Shown one piece after another: positions 21,110-31,266 of a stretch of DNA of 64,000 nt (positions are counted from its first letter, which is position 1; each line of letters opens with the position of its first letter). A program made the translations under genes and the position numbers. The stretch spans positions 320,001-384,000 of the forward strand of contig CM000430.1 of NCBI GenBank assembly GCA_000165345.1, read 5' to 3'. The notes under the pieces are model-generated. The model saw only the letters and a program-made list of their open reading frames with translations, was not told the DNA's origin and searched no databases.

Positions 21110-21694
21110 TTTAATATGCTCAATTTTTCATATGCCCTTTGATTGCATACAGATGTTTGTTTCTTCCTTTACATAAATAAAAACAGTATTATTATGATTT
21201 GTCTGATTAAAATTGCATGTAGATCTTTTTAGCGCAAAGATCCCCTTATGCTCGGGTTGCAGCGTTTGACCACTTCTTTTCAATTAATAAAATTTTTGCA
21301 AATTAAATATTAAATTAAACTGTATTAATGCTATAAATGTAAGTACTAAATGTCAATATTTCGATATATTTACAATGAAAATACCACTAAAAAAATCGTA
21401 ATACATTTTCGTAATTTTAATGTTAATAATAAATAAATATTGCCTCTACTGGATATACTAGGGTTTCACAGTTATTAAAGATCAAATTAGTTATTATAGG
21501 TCAGCTTATTATATTTACCGACTAATTTTCAGAAACTATCCCTTTTACAAATCAAATAACAACTGCGGTTTATTCCAATGTTAGTAAAATTGCTAGAGGC
21601 GGGGCAATGCTGTTGCTAATTGATAAGGACAAGTACGAAGGTTCAAAATCAAGAGTTATTATGATCTTTGAATACGGTGATTATTATTCATATC

Positions 21695-22453
21695 ATGAAT
21701 ATTAATAAAAATGAGGTGAGTCTTTCACCTTTAAATAGTTTATCAACCCAGTTAGATTCTAATACTAATAAGGAAAACCACTTTGATGTAAAAAATCAGA
21801 AGCCACAGTGCATAAGTGATAATACTGAAGCAAACATAAAACACGAAGATTTTGAGAAGTCTAATATAAAGAAAAAATATAAAAAAAATCTTATTTGGGA
21901 TGGCCCAAGGTGGGATCTGGCACATTTTGATCCGACAATGAGTGCAAGAGAAAGGAAAAAACTTGTTTATTATGAGGCTCTGTTCAACAAACTTGAGAAT
22001 GATGTAGTGTTGAGATGCAACGAACACAATAATAAAAATGTGAAAAATCCAAACCAGAAGAGGAAAATGCGTAATAACACTTTAGACTCAAGTCCCAAAA
22101 CAGAATTGAGCGATTTGAAGGGAATGAAAGAACATAAAAGCGATATTGATTCAGGAGATAGTTCTAAATCAGATAACTATAGCAAGGCTAATCAAGAAAA
22201 GTTTGTAAATTCTCACAATTCTAATCAAATTGGTATTTTGTTAACTCCTGATAGAAGTTTTTCACGAAGTGAAAACATTATATCGCCAATTTTAGAGGAG
22301 CCTAGAAAGTGTAGTAGATCGAATGCAAATAGTCAAACGCCAGCAAATGAAAGGGAAAATAGTAGCATTCGAAGATCCAATGATTGGAGAGTAAAATTAT
22401 TGAATAAAAGATGTTCTCTCCAAGCTACACCTTATAGAGGAGCAACTCCATAA
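21695..22453 (+). CDS. Hypothetical low-complexity (Asn/Ser/Lys-rich) protein
   Basis: Open frame of 252 codons from the first ATG. The ORF-track start at 21668 is a TTG. No recognisable domain. Basic, probably nuclear. Confidence 0.35.
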   Translation: MNINKNEVSLSPLNSLSTQLDSNTNKENHFDVKNQKPQCISDNTEANIKHEDFEKSNIKKKYKKNLIWDGPRWDLAHFDPTMSARERKKLVYYEALFNKLENDVVLRCNEHNNKNVKNPNQKRKMRNNTLDSSPKTELSDLKGMKEHKSDIDSGDSSKSDNYSKANQEKFVNSHNSNQIGILLTPDRSFSRSENIISPILEEPRKCSRSNANSQTPANERENSSIRRSNDWRVKLLNKRCSLQATPYRGATP

Positions 22454-22958
22454 AAGCAATTTTTATCAATTGCATATTTGGCTCTCTTAGTTATAAGTGC
22501 ATTTATATCCTATATATAGCTTAATTTGTTTTAATATTTCATATGAAAATTAAAGTTGTATCTTTACCAAACAGTTGAAATTTTTAATAATTTCAATATC
22601 TACGGCTCATTATAATTTTCTTTAACCCGACTAAGATTACTTTAGGAAGTTCTTAGTTATTGTAAACGGTTTAGATCGGCCTCATTCACTAGATTTTAAA
22701 GAATGAAATGAACGCAACGAAAGTTGGGATTTTTGCTCTTGCATAAAATAAATGTTTAAAATAGAAATTTTTAATTTACATAATAAAGAAGAATCTTCAA
22801 AGTTAATGGATTTTTTATTTATTTAAATAAAATATATGCTTTATTTCAATTTAATATATTCAAAGAAGATTCGATTTTGTTCAAAATTCGTGACTCATTT
22901 CATACAAGGAATAGTAGCCATATTTTCGCGGTATAGATTTTAAACAAATAGATAAACA

Positions 22959-23718
22959 ATGTACTATAACAATGAAGAGTTAGAGATGTTTATGAAAAGA
23001 GCGATTGAACTAGTAGGTAAAGCTAATATCTTTGTAAAGCTGTAATAATTTATTATTTTTAGTCAGAATTTGCAGTAAAAAGTAACGAAGTCCCTGTTGG
23101 TTGCGTTATTGTAAATAGAACCACAAAGGAAATTGAATCTGAAGCTCACAACGAAACTAATATATCGAGAAACGTAAGCTATAGAAACTATAAATTAAGT
23201 AAATAAACATATATTACTCAGGGAACTAGACACTGTGAAATTGTTGCTTTAGAAAAATTAATAGTTAAGTTAAAGAGTACTAGTGGAAAAATAAATAATT
23301 CAACTCGACTGATTACTCAAAATCAAGATGAATACAGTAACACAAGATTTAGGATTAATCTAGGGGATATTTATGACTTATTCGTAACTGTGGAGCCTTG
23401 TATTATGTGTATTGGATTTATCGACCAGATGGGTAAGTTTCCATTTAAAGTGACTCCTTTTTTTTTTTAAATAATTTAGGAATACATAATATATTTTATG
23501 GATGTAAAAACTATCGCTTTGGTGGTTGCGGATCTGTATTGGACTACCATCATTTAAATAAAAGCTCCAAAATCATCTTAACTTCCGGAATCTGTGAAAA
23601 TGAATCAATTAAAATACTAAAAGAGTTTTATGAAATTGGGAACCCAAAAGCTCCAGAAAATAAGAGAAAAAGGCCACTAAAAGCATTAAATTGCACATTA
23701 CCATTGTACAAAAGTTAA
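22959..23718 (+). CDS. TAD2: tRNA-specific adenosine deaminase subunit TAD2/ADAT2 (CDA fold). Four exons: join(22959..23012,23063..23173,23222..23432,23480..23718).
   Basis: Not in the ORF track. Exon 2 SEFAVKSNEVPVGCVIVNRTTKEIESEAHNETNISRN. Exon 3 GTRHCEIVALEKL...DLFVTVEPCIMCIGFIDQMG (HAE-type and PCxxC zinc motifs). Exon 4 IHNIFYGCKNYRFGGCGSVLDYHHL... (human ADAT2: VVYGCQNERFGGCGSVL). Introns of 50, 48 and 47 nt with GTAGGT/GTAAGC/GTAAGT donors and TAG/CAG/TAG acceptors. Phases are consistent (0, 0, 1). An alternative exon-1 donor at 23034 would give a 29-nt intron. Confidence 0.7.
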
Positions 23719-23727
23719 TTATATTTT

Positions 23728-26094
23728 CTAAAATGCAGTTAGATTTACAGGTCTGCCATTAAGATTCATTATTCTTGCAGGTGTAATTGGCTTCTCGTCC
23801 GTATTCACAAGTCTAGTGCTGCTTTTTGGGCTTAGAGAATAATTGAATGTGCTACTACTATTCGGAGTTTTCATTGTTACCGAATTGAGTGCGTAGCTTT
23901 TTTTATTAGGTAATTCTCTAAACTGACAATTTTCACCTTTAGACTTTTCAAATTTGGTATTAAATTTGTCACTAAAGTTGTTTTGCTTTAATTCAGAATT
24001 AATCTGATCAAACCACCCGAAAGAATTATCTATGGTTTGATACTTAATTATTTGATTGTATTGGATCAATTGGTTGTCAAGGCATCTTGTAATAACTAAT
24101 ACAGCAGCATCATTGCAAAAATTGTTGCAAAAATTGGTTGCAGAATTTAAAGAGACAACTCTGCCATTTGCGTTATATCCATATCCTCTTTTGCAGTAGT
24201 CGTTTGTTTTTACTATTAGCTTTATTGAGTTTGTATTCATAAAGTCTTCAACGTCATAAGAATCATAGCAATACATATTTTTTTCAAAAATTTCGGCATC
24301 TCTTGTGTGTTCTACATCCGTCTCATTTATAAAATTATGAGAGTCATCAGAACTTGTTTGATCTATCATTTCTGACCAAAGACATTCAAACACGTATCTA
24401 TCACTCTCAGATAATCTATTATTACAATCACTTTTGTTTATTAATTCTGATTTTACGTGGATTGGCTTGGGGATACCTGATAAATTTTCAACACTTTTAA
24501 TACTTTTACCAATTCCTGAATGTAGACATAACACTTGATCATCAATCAACGCAGAAATCGAAAAAAATTCAAAGGCATCATTAATCCTTTCCCAAATAGC
24601 CTCACCATTTATTCCAAATTTCTGCTTACATTCAAAATGAAATCCATAAGTCAAGTTAACTGATGCATCTTCATGGTTGCCACGCAATAAAAATATCTTA
24701 TCAGGAAACATTATCTTTAGAGAAAAGAGTATAGAAATGACCTCTAACGAAAACTTTCCTCCATCAACATAGTCTCCCAAGAAAACATATTTCATCGATA
24801 ATATGTCCCCTCTATGGAAATGAGGCCATGAGAATTGTTCGAAAAAATACAATAGGTCAATTAGCTGCCCATGAATGCCTCCAAAAATTCTAACAGAGTT
24901 ATTTCCCTTTATTTTAATCAGACTATCCTCACCTCTGATAATTTGCACAGCTCGATCACACAAATCCATTATTTCTGAGCAATTTAATATGTTGTTTATA
25001 TACATTTTTTCTTCAAAATCAGATTTATTTTCAGAGTTTGTTAAAATATTCATATAGTATTCTATTACTCGCTGTTCCAAAGAACTAAATGCCTGATTTT
25101 GGAAATTGTAAGGGAATAAATCCAATATACCTTTAGAATTTAGTTTTATGTCATTTTGGACTTTACCAGCCTCAAAGGAAAGTTTATTGAGTCTGCTATT
25201 CATATTTGTTTGTTCTGCGAGTGCAGAAGTCAATTTTAACCCAGCTAACTCCGTATGCTGAACTTGCTCCAAATTTTGATCAAAGGTGCTTTTGAGGCAA
25301 TTTTTTGAAGAAAAATTTGATATAAATGACCCATGTTTATTAATATCATTATTTGAACTATATTCAGCATTAATATTGTCGTTGATAAAATCCACCAAAT
25401 CTAGATGAGTTCGCAATAGCCAGCCTGTTCCTTTTAAGATATTATTTTTCACAGAATTATAAAATGCATTAAAACCAAATACTCCATCGTAATGAGCAAT
25501 TAAATGAATAGCATATTCTCTTGCTTTAGACTCGCTCATTGATATTGTTTTTTTAGCTAATGATCTGATGGAAGAAATATGAATAATCATTCTTTTTAAT
25601 TCATTTAAGTTAAGGAGGCCATTCCTATCTGTGTCATAATAGAGGAAGATAAATTGTAATCTAAGCTGCCCAATACTAGTTTTAGGATCATTTTTCGCTA
25701 AAGGACTTAAACTTAACATTCCTGATGTAAATTCAACTTCACTAACAATACCATCTTGGTTTCGGTCCATGAGGTTATAAAATACAGTTCTATATTGCTC
25801 GTCTGTAATTGGGTTATCATTTAATATATTCAAAAACTCGTCCTGTGTTAAGTAGCCGTTTTTTCTTTTCCCGTATTTAGAAACAATGTCACGTAGTATT
25901 GAATATCTCTCTTGCCAGCCCATTTCTAATATAGCTTCATCCATAAGCCTGCTAAAACTTTTCCAGGGGTGCCACTGCTCTGGACGAATAACTTTGGAAG
26001 AGATTCTTTCAGCATTCTTAGCGCCTGCGTGAAAATCAGTGTTTGCAAATTTAGAGTTGAGAATATTAGGCCCATAAATTGAAGAGACTTCCAT
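23728..26094 (-). CDS. EF-hand-containing PPP-family Ser/Thr protein phosphatase (EFPP-like), with substitutions in catalytic motifs
   Basis: N-terminal EF-hand loops (DRNQDGIVSEVEF, DTDRNGLLNLNEL) precede a calcineurin-like phosphoesterase core FLGDYVDGGKFSLEVISILFSLKIMFPDKIFLLRGNHE. Motif 1 reads GGIHGQ where GDxHG is expected. Motif 2 reads GDYVDGG where GDxVDRG is expected. Both were checked at nucleotide level. Confidence 0.8.
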   Translation of the reverse strand: MEVSSIYGPNILNSKFANTDFHAGAKNAERISSKVIRPEQWHPWKSFSRLMDEAILEMGWQERYSILRDIVSKYGKRKNGYLTQDEFLNILNDNPITDEQYRTVFYNLMDRNQDGIVSEVEFTSGMLSLSPLAKNDPKTSIGQLRLQFIFLYYDTDRNGLLNLNELKRMIIHISSIRSLAKKTISMSESKAREYAIHLIAHYDGVFGFNAFYNSVKNNILKGTGWLLRTHLDLVDFINDNINAEYSSNNDINKHGSFISNFSSKNCLKSTFDQNLEQVQHTELAGLKLTSALAEQTNMNSRLNKLSFEAGKVQNDIKLNSKGILDLFPYNFQNQAFSSLEQRVIEYYMNILTNSENKSDFEEKMYINNILNCSEIMDLCDRAVQIIRGEDSLIKIKGNNSVRIFGGIHGQLIDLLYFFEQFSWPHFHRGDILSMKYVFLGDYVDGGKFSLEVISILFSLKIMFPDKIFLLRGNHEDASVNLTYGFHFECKQKFGINGEAIWERINDAFEFFSISALIDDQVLCLHSGIGKSIKSVENLSGIPKPIHVKSELINKSDCNNRLSESDRYVFECLWSEMIDQTSSDDSHNFINETDVEHTRDAEIFEKNMYCYDSYDVEDFMNTNSIKLIVKTNDYCKRGYGYNANGRVVSLNSATNFCNNFCNDAAVLVITRCLDNQLIQYNQIIKYQTIDNSFGWFDQINSELKQNNFSDKFNTKFEKSKGENCQFRELPNKKSYALNSVTMKTPNSSSTFNYSLSPKSSTRLVNTDEKPITPARIMNLNGRPVNLTAF

Positions 26095-26628
26095 TTTATA
26101 AGAAAATTAAGTGACTATACTAGCACTTAGAAGCGTGTAGAGTTTTATTTTAAAATGCCTGTTAAAAAAGCGAGGTTATCTCTTCATGAAGTCTTAGATC
26201 TTTCTTCGATTCTTAAGGAGTAAAGCCACGAAGATTCCCGCAATTTAAATTCCCCACTGAAATTAGTCTATTAATCAACTTAGTGGGGTACAGAACGGTT
26301 TGCATTCAGATTGAAGTGACTAGTAATACAAGTTTTGAAACGGTTGTTATTTAAACTAAGTAGAACATTAATATTCCAACTTTGGATATTTACACCACAA
26401 CACACTAGAAATAAATTTAAAGTTATTAGACTAGATTCTAACTAGGGATCTATTACCCGCATTAGATATTAATAGTTAATTTCCCCTAACAATACGATAT
26501 ATATATGAATTACTCTTTCAAATACCACGGTATTAATACCAATATTCAATGTGAACTTTCTGGATGTTTCGACCTTTAGTACCTACTCGCCTTATTGAGG
26601 ATTTGTTAAACCAATAATGCTGTATGAT

Positions 26629-26893
26629 TTAGTCAAGTAAAGTAGTAATAGCGATGAAAGTTACCAAAGAAAATATAAGTGTTGTGAATAGTATGGACAA
26701 ATATGAAGAGAGTCTAAGCGGAGACAAAAATACAGACTTCGAAAAAATGAGCAATCATCAAAATTTGTCTATATAAACTTACTGGTAACTCCAAGTAATT
26801 GTTAATGAATGGAATTCCAAAGAAAGTAAACGTAACATATAAAAAGATAGAAAATGTAATAAATGAAAGTATAATTCCGTTTAAGCGATCCAT
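26629..26893 (-). CDS. Small two-TM protein, tentatively DPM2-like (dolichol-phosphate-mannose synthase regulatory subunit). Two exons: complement(join(26629..26736,26783..26893)). An unspliced alternative is complement(26714..26893).
   Basis: Below the ORF-track threshold. Exon 1 MDRLNGIILSFITFSIFLYVTFTFFGIPFINNYLELP ends at CCA|GTAAGT. A 46-nt intron leads to SVFLSPLRLSSYLSILFTTLIFSLVTFIAITTLLD*. PFINN..YLELP resembles DPM2 PFIDSQHVIHKYFLP between two TM helices. Short and tentative. Confidence 0.35.
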
Positions 26894-26988
26894 ATCTTCC
26901 TATTACATTTTATTATTCTCAAAAAACAAATAAATAAATTTGCGCTTATGGGGTACTTGAATTCACATTTTTTTATTTTAGTATTTTC

Positions 26989-28395
26989 TCAAATACTGCT
27001 TTTTGTAATAAATAGTAATGTGAAATAACAGAAAGAAATAATAGTTAAAATAAATGCTGAGTAATATGGCATTGCAGAAATATTGAATCTTTCATTTTGA
27101 TCATGACGAAAATTGCGAACAGTTGTAATTGATTCATATGATATTGTATTATAACCAATTCTTTTATGATTAATTACAAATTTATAGACTCCCCAAACTT
27201 CAGGGATTTTAAATGTGCTGCTAAATGTTGATCTTCGAGACTCTTCTTCGCTTTGCTTCAAGTAAGTTCGTATATATGGATCTAGCATCGTAAATTCAAG
27301 TTGAATATCCTCTGAGTCGTAATTTTCCCATTTATCGTTAGAAAATTTATAAAATTCAGCGGAGAAACGAACTATATCTTCAACTGTATAATTCAATGTT
27401 TCATCGTAATTTTCAACAATCGTTTCAAAGCTGTCATTCAGCTTTCTGTGTGAAATTTCTGCAATTTTTATTAATCCTTTTTGTTGAAATGACCATAGAA
27501 AAATATCTTTGCAAAATTCAGAATTTTCACTATTACTTTTTATTGTTTCGTCGCTACACAATTTTCCGTCGCTAGTAAATGTTGCTCTTGCGCCGTTTCT
27601 ACCTTGAAGAGCCATTACTAACCCAATTTCTTCCCCAGTACTAGAACTAATGTAGTTTCCAAACAAACTAATAGATTTTGATTTTATGTCATTATTAACT
27701 GAAATACATGTATGGCAAGCTGTCAATATTGGAATTACAAGCTCGTTACTAGGAATAGAATTGGAAAAGCCTACGCCATGATATAAAATCCCTTTTTTCG
27801 TAAAATTTTCTGGAGAAAAAATTGCATCTGATTCAATAAAATTGTTTGAAAATATTTTTGATGATTTACCAACTCCATCTGTAGTAACATCAAATAAGCG
27901 AGTATTTTGAGGTAGAAATTCTATTCCTGCACACTCCTTTGCTAATCGAATTATTGCCTTATTTTCTCCAATATTTAAATTTGTGTCATCGATTGTATCA
28001 ACAAATATCATCAAATTTCCTCCTCTATCAATGAAATTTAAGATTTTTGGTACGTATGACATTGGAAAGGAAGGGTGCACATCTGAATTATCTATATCTA
28101 GAATAATAATGTTGTTATAGAGAAACTCATCATAAAGAAATAACTCTAGATCTTGCTCCTGGGAATAACGATTATAAGTTTTTATTGTGATTTCATGGCC
28201 GGCTGAGACGAGATTTGAAATGAATATTGAGTACTTTTGTTTGATGCTTTTTTCGTTGGAATTTGTCAAAATTAGTAATTCCAAGCTGGCTAGATCTGCA
28301 TTAAATATTTGTTTAGGAGCTTCACCAAGTGTACCAGAACCTGCTTCTATTAAATATATAAAAGAATAGATGAAAAGAATAAAAAGCTTGAGCAT
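26989..28395 (-). CDS. OST48: Oligosaccharyltransferase 48 kDa subunit (OST48/DDOST/WBP1)
   Basis: Signal peptide, luminal domain and C-terminal TM. HEITIKTYNRYSQ...DEFLYNNIIILD...ILNFIDRGGNLMIF...ECAGIEF matches human DDOST FELTFKTADDPSL...GEFLYDNLIIFS...ISAFIDGGGSVLVA...ECGIEFD. The C-terminus DSEDIQLEFTMLDPYIRTYL...IPEVWGVYKFVINHKRIGYN...ERFNISAMPYYSAFIL matches [20 protein letters not shown]...[20 protein letters not shown]...ERFIPSAYPYYASAF. Confidence 0.85.
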   Translation of the reverse strand: MLKLFILFIYSFIYLIEAGSGTLGEAPKQIFNADLASLELLILTNSNEKSIKQKYSIFISNLVSAGHEITIKTYNRYSQEQDLELFLYDEFLYNNIIILDIDNSDVHPSFPMSYVPKILNFIDRGGNLMIFVDTIDDTNLNIGENKAIIRLAKECAGIEFLPQNTRLFDVTTDGVGKSSKIFSNNFIESDAIFSPENFTKKGILYHGVGFSNSIPSNELVIPILTACHTCISVNNDIKSKSISLFGNYISSSTGEEIGLVMALQGRNGARATFTSDGKLCSDETIKSNSENSEFCKDIFLWSFQQKGLIKIAEISHRKLNDSFETIVENYDETLNYTVEDIVRFSAEFYKFSNDKWENYDSEDIQLEFTMLDPYIRTYLKQSEEESRRSTFSSTFKIPEVWGVYKFVINHKRIGYNTISYESITTVRNFRHDQNERFNISAMPYYSAFILTIISFCYFTLLFITKSSI

Positions 28396-28646
28396 TTTTT
28401 TTTTACTTGATTTTTTTTTTTGTTCAAGTCAAAACAGAGGGAAAAGAGGGGTAACTGTTAATATTGCCGTTATTTGTAATTGCAGTATTTATTGCAATAA
28501 TAAAGTAGATAAATCTTAATTCAAACCTCTATTCGAATAAATTAAAGCTATATATTATTGAACATTGTTAACAGGTTACTTATAAATTAATCGTTGCTTT
28601 TATTTAAAATATTCTTTTATTGCCATCCATTTTAGTGGATAAATAA

Positions 28647-29156
28647 ATGTCAGTTAGAATAATAACAAATTACGGAGACCTAAAATTTGAGCTATTCTGT
28701 TCTCAATGCCCAAAAGCCTGCAAAAATTTCCTTGCTCTTTCAGCAAGTGGCTACTATAAAAATACAATTTTTCACAAGAATATAAAGGGATTTATCATAC
28801 AAGGTGGTGACCCAACTGGCACAGGAAAGGGCGGAGAGAGTATCTATGGGAGATATTTTGATGATGAGATTTATCCAGAATTGAAGTATGATAGGAGAGG
28901 TATTCTTTCGATGGCAAGCAAAGGCGCTAGTAAAAAACCAAATACAAACGGTTCACAGTTTTTTATAACTTATTCAAGTTTACCGCAACTTAATGGAGAG
29001 TATGTTATTTTTGGTAAGCTGATAGATGGTTTTGAAACTCTAAATACGTTAGAAAACTGTCCATCTGACAAATCCCACAAACCAATTGACGAAATAATTA
29101 TTAAAGATATAGTTATTCATTCAAACCCTATTGCTGACCAAGAAATACTTGATTAA
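28647..29156 (+). CDS. PPIL3: Cyclophilin-type peptidyl-prolyl cis-trans isomerase, PPIL3-like
   Basis: MSVRIITNYGDLKFELFCSQCPKACKNFLALSASGYYKNTIFHKNIKGFIIQGGDPTGTGKGGESIYG is near-collinear with PPIL3 [68 protein letters not shown]. Confidence 0.9.
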   Translation: MSVRIITNYGDLKFELFCSQCPKACKNFLALSASGYYKNTIFHKNIKGFIIQGGDPTGTGKGGESIYGRYFDDEIYPELKYDRRGILSMASKGASKKPNTNGSQFFITYSSLPQLNGEYVIFGKLIDGFETLNTLENCPSDKSHKPIDEIIIKDIVIHSNPIADQEILD

Positions 29157-29212
29157 ACACAAATATTTACTTTTGTTTTGTACCGCTCAAATATTTACTT
29201 AATCACAACACA

Positions 29213-29566
29213 ATGGACCAAAAAGAATTAGACGAAGTAGCTGTCAGCCAACAAGAAAATGAGTTCGATGAGCTTTTGCCATATTCCAAGATAGCTAAAA
29301 TTTTAAAACTTGTAACTGATAAAAAATTTACAAAAACATCAGTTAAGCTAATACAATCTTCTACTACAAAGTTCATTAAGGAAATCTCAGAACTTTCGGA
29401 GAAACAATCAAGAATTCGCTCTAAAAAATTGGATAAGGATCAAGCTGTGATTATTCAAAAGGAAGATGTAATTTCAGCAATCCAAAAAGGTGGGAAAAAA
29501 TTTAGTTTTGCCAATTTTTCTACAGAATTTCTTGAAGACCGTTTCTGGAACATGGAAATAAGTTAA
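29213..29566 (+). CDS. Histone-fold protein (CBF/NF-Y, Dpb4, CHRAC or NC2 family)
   Basis: LPYSKIAKILKL...KFTKTSVKLIQSSTTKFIKEISELSEKQSRIRSKKLDKDQAVIIQKEDVISAIQ fits the CBFD_NFYB_HMF histone-fold pattern. The exact subfamily is not resolved. Confidence 0.55.
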   Translation: MDQKELDEVAVSQQENEFDELLPYSKIAKILKLVTDKKFTKTSVKLIQSSTTKFIKEISELSEKQSRIRSKKLDKDQAVIIQKEDVISAIQKGGKKFSFANFSTEFLEDRFWNMEIS

Positions 29567-29760
29567 AATTATTCTGAATATTCTGCTCATATGTTGTTTA
29601 GGAATATTAGTTTGCACGATCTCTTTATTCAAGAAATAGCAGAAATTTATGAGCTTTTTTTTTGCGCGCCCTTTAGGCTTGTTTAGATAAGCTGCAATAA
29701 ATAAATTACATAGTATAGGCGTTAATCAAACGAATTAATTATTGCTTCTTCATTATTACC

Positions 29761-30771
29761 ATGTCTGAGTCGCACGAAATATTTATGGAGGATATTTCTC
29801 TTCTTCCAGGATGGATATTACGTAACTTATCATTGATGCGTGAAATTGATAAAAAAAGCAATGATTTACAAATTACTCTTGAGGAAAAACGTGGCAAATA
29901 TTTGAAAGAGTTAAGCAAAGTAGCTAATTCTGACTCGCAAAATATTGACAAAAATGCCAGTATTTTTAAGATAGATGAGATCAACGAACTACAAAGGGAA
30001 CTAAAAGCGCTGTTAAAAGAGAAAATCGCAATATCAGACCAAAGCGTCCACTATATTAGATATGATGGTGAAATTTTAAAAAAACACTACGAACAGTTAA
30101 GAGAATCATTTACAGAAAACTTCATAAATAATAATGATTCTGGTTCATCAAATAGCTATTCAGGAAGAAATAGTCTTCAAGGTCAAATAAACTTTAAAAA
30201 CCCAGGTTCAAATAACACTATTAATAATATAGCAAATAACCTTAATGGCAATGAATTAAATACTTGCCGCAACTCAATTTCTGAAACATATAACTCTAAC
30301 GATAACTGGAATAATGAATCACATAATGGGGATAAAAATATTGAGTCTCACAATAAACCGTCATTTGCTCATGAAAGCATTAGCCGAGCATCAAAAAGGC
30401 GAAGATCATCTGCTGCAACTCATATTAAGGACACCTTCGATCAAATTTCAAAGAAACCAAATGCTTTTGTTGGCACATCAACTAGCCAAAAATCAGATCA
30501 GAATAATTTATCAAATGATAATCAAAATCAACTTTGTTCAATATGTGAGGGTATTGAATTGATTAATAATAAGTTTGTTAAGTGCGAATGTTGTTCAAAT
30601 AATATGCATGCTACATGCAGCTGGTCAAGCAATCCCTTTCTTTGTAGAAAATGCTGTAAAAAAAGTTCTATTCAACCCTCAATTACGTATGATATTGAGT
30701 ATTCTGCTTCACTAATAAATACTCCTAAATCAGATAACACTAAAATCTCAAAGGGCTCAAGAAAAAAGTAG
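29761..30771 (+). CDS. ING-family (inhibitor of growth) PHD-finger chromatin reader
   Basis: N-terminal ING domain IFMEDISLLPGWILRNLSLMREIDKKSNDLQ matches ING LEDYLEMIEQLPMDLRDRFTEMREMDLQ. C-terminal C4HC3 PHD finger CSICEGIELINNKFVKCECCSNNMHATCSWSSNPFLCRKCC. An Asn/Ser-rich linker lies between them. Confidence 0.65.
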   Translation: MSESHEIFMEDISLLPGWILRNLSLMREIDKKSNDLQITLEEKRGKYLKELSKVANSDSQNIDKNASIFKIDEINELQRELKALLKEKIAISDQSVHYIRYDGEILKKHYEQLRESFTENFINNNDSGSSNSYSGRNSLQGQINFKNPGSNNTINNIANNLNGNELNTCRNSISETYNSNDNWNNESHNGDKNIESHNKPSFAHESISRASKRRRSSAATHIKDTFDQISKKPNAFVGTSTSQKSDQNNLSNDNQNQLCSICEGIELINNKFVKCECCSNNMHATCSWSSNPFLCRKCCKKSSIQPSITYDIEYSASLINTPKSDNTKISKGSRKK

Positions 30772-30895
30772 AATCCTCACAGCTTGAATCCAGTTTTCCC
30801 CAAGCAACCTAACTATTGATAAGTTAATTAAAATGAGTAGGAACATATTAATTTAATATTTTTAATAAATTAGTTTTTCAATCTACGCTTGAGCG

Positions 30896-30914
30896 TTTTT
30901 TTTTTTTTTTTTTT
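30896..30914. repeat. T19 homopolymer tract in the intergenic region
   Basis: Read directly from the sequence. Confidence 0.9.
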
Positions 30915-31266
30915 ACAGTAACAATTTGAATAGTGGCAAAACAATTGGAAGAAAGATAAACAATAAAATTCTACAAACCTTCAAGATAGAGGTGAAGGAT
31001 TTGACACACCTAAGAAAAACAACGCCTGGATATATTCATTTAAATTTAATTATAAAGCTATTCTGCATCATATATAGAAGCTTCAATTTCAATAATTAAC
31101 TTGAAATATTTTGAGGTACAGTAAGCGATTAACTGTCTAATTATTTGCCGCACAATTAAAGCTCAAAGATCCCGTATGGTTTTAAATACTTGTAAACTAC
31201 TGTTTATTCACGCTATTATCCTAATAAAGAATATAATTTGAGTAATTGAAAGATTCCGCTTAAACA

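Noticed and set aside
23034-23062. 29-nt intron as the first TAD2 intron
   Set aside because: It is phase-compatible but much shorter than every other intron in the window (43-84 nt). The GTAGGT donor at 23013, giving a 50-nt intron, is preferred. Kept as an alternative.
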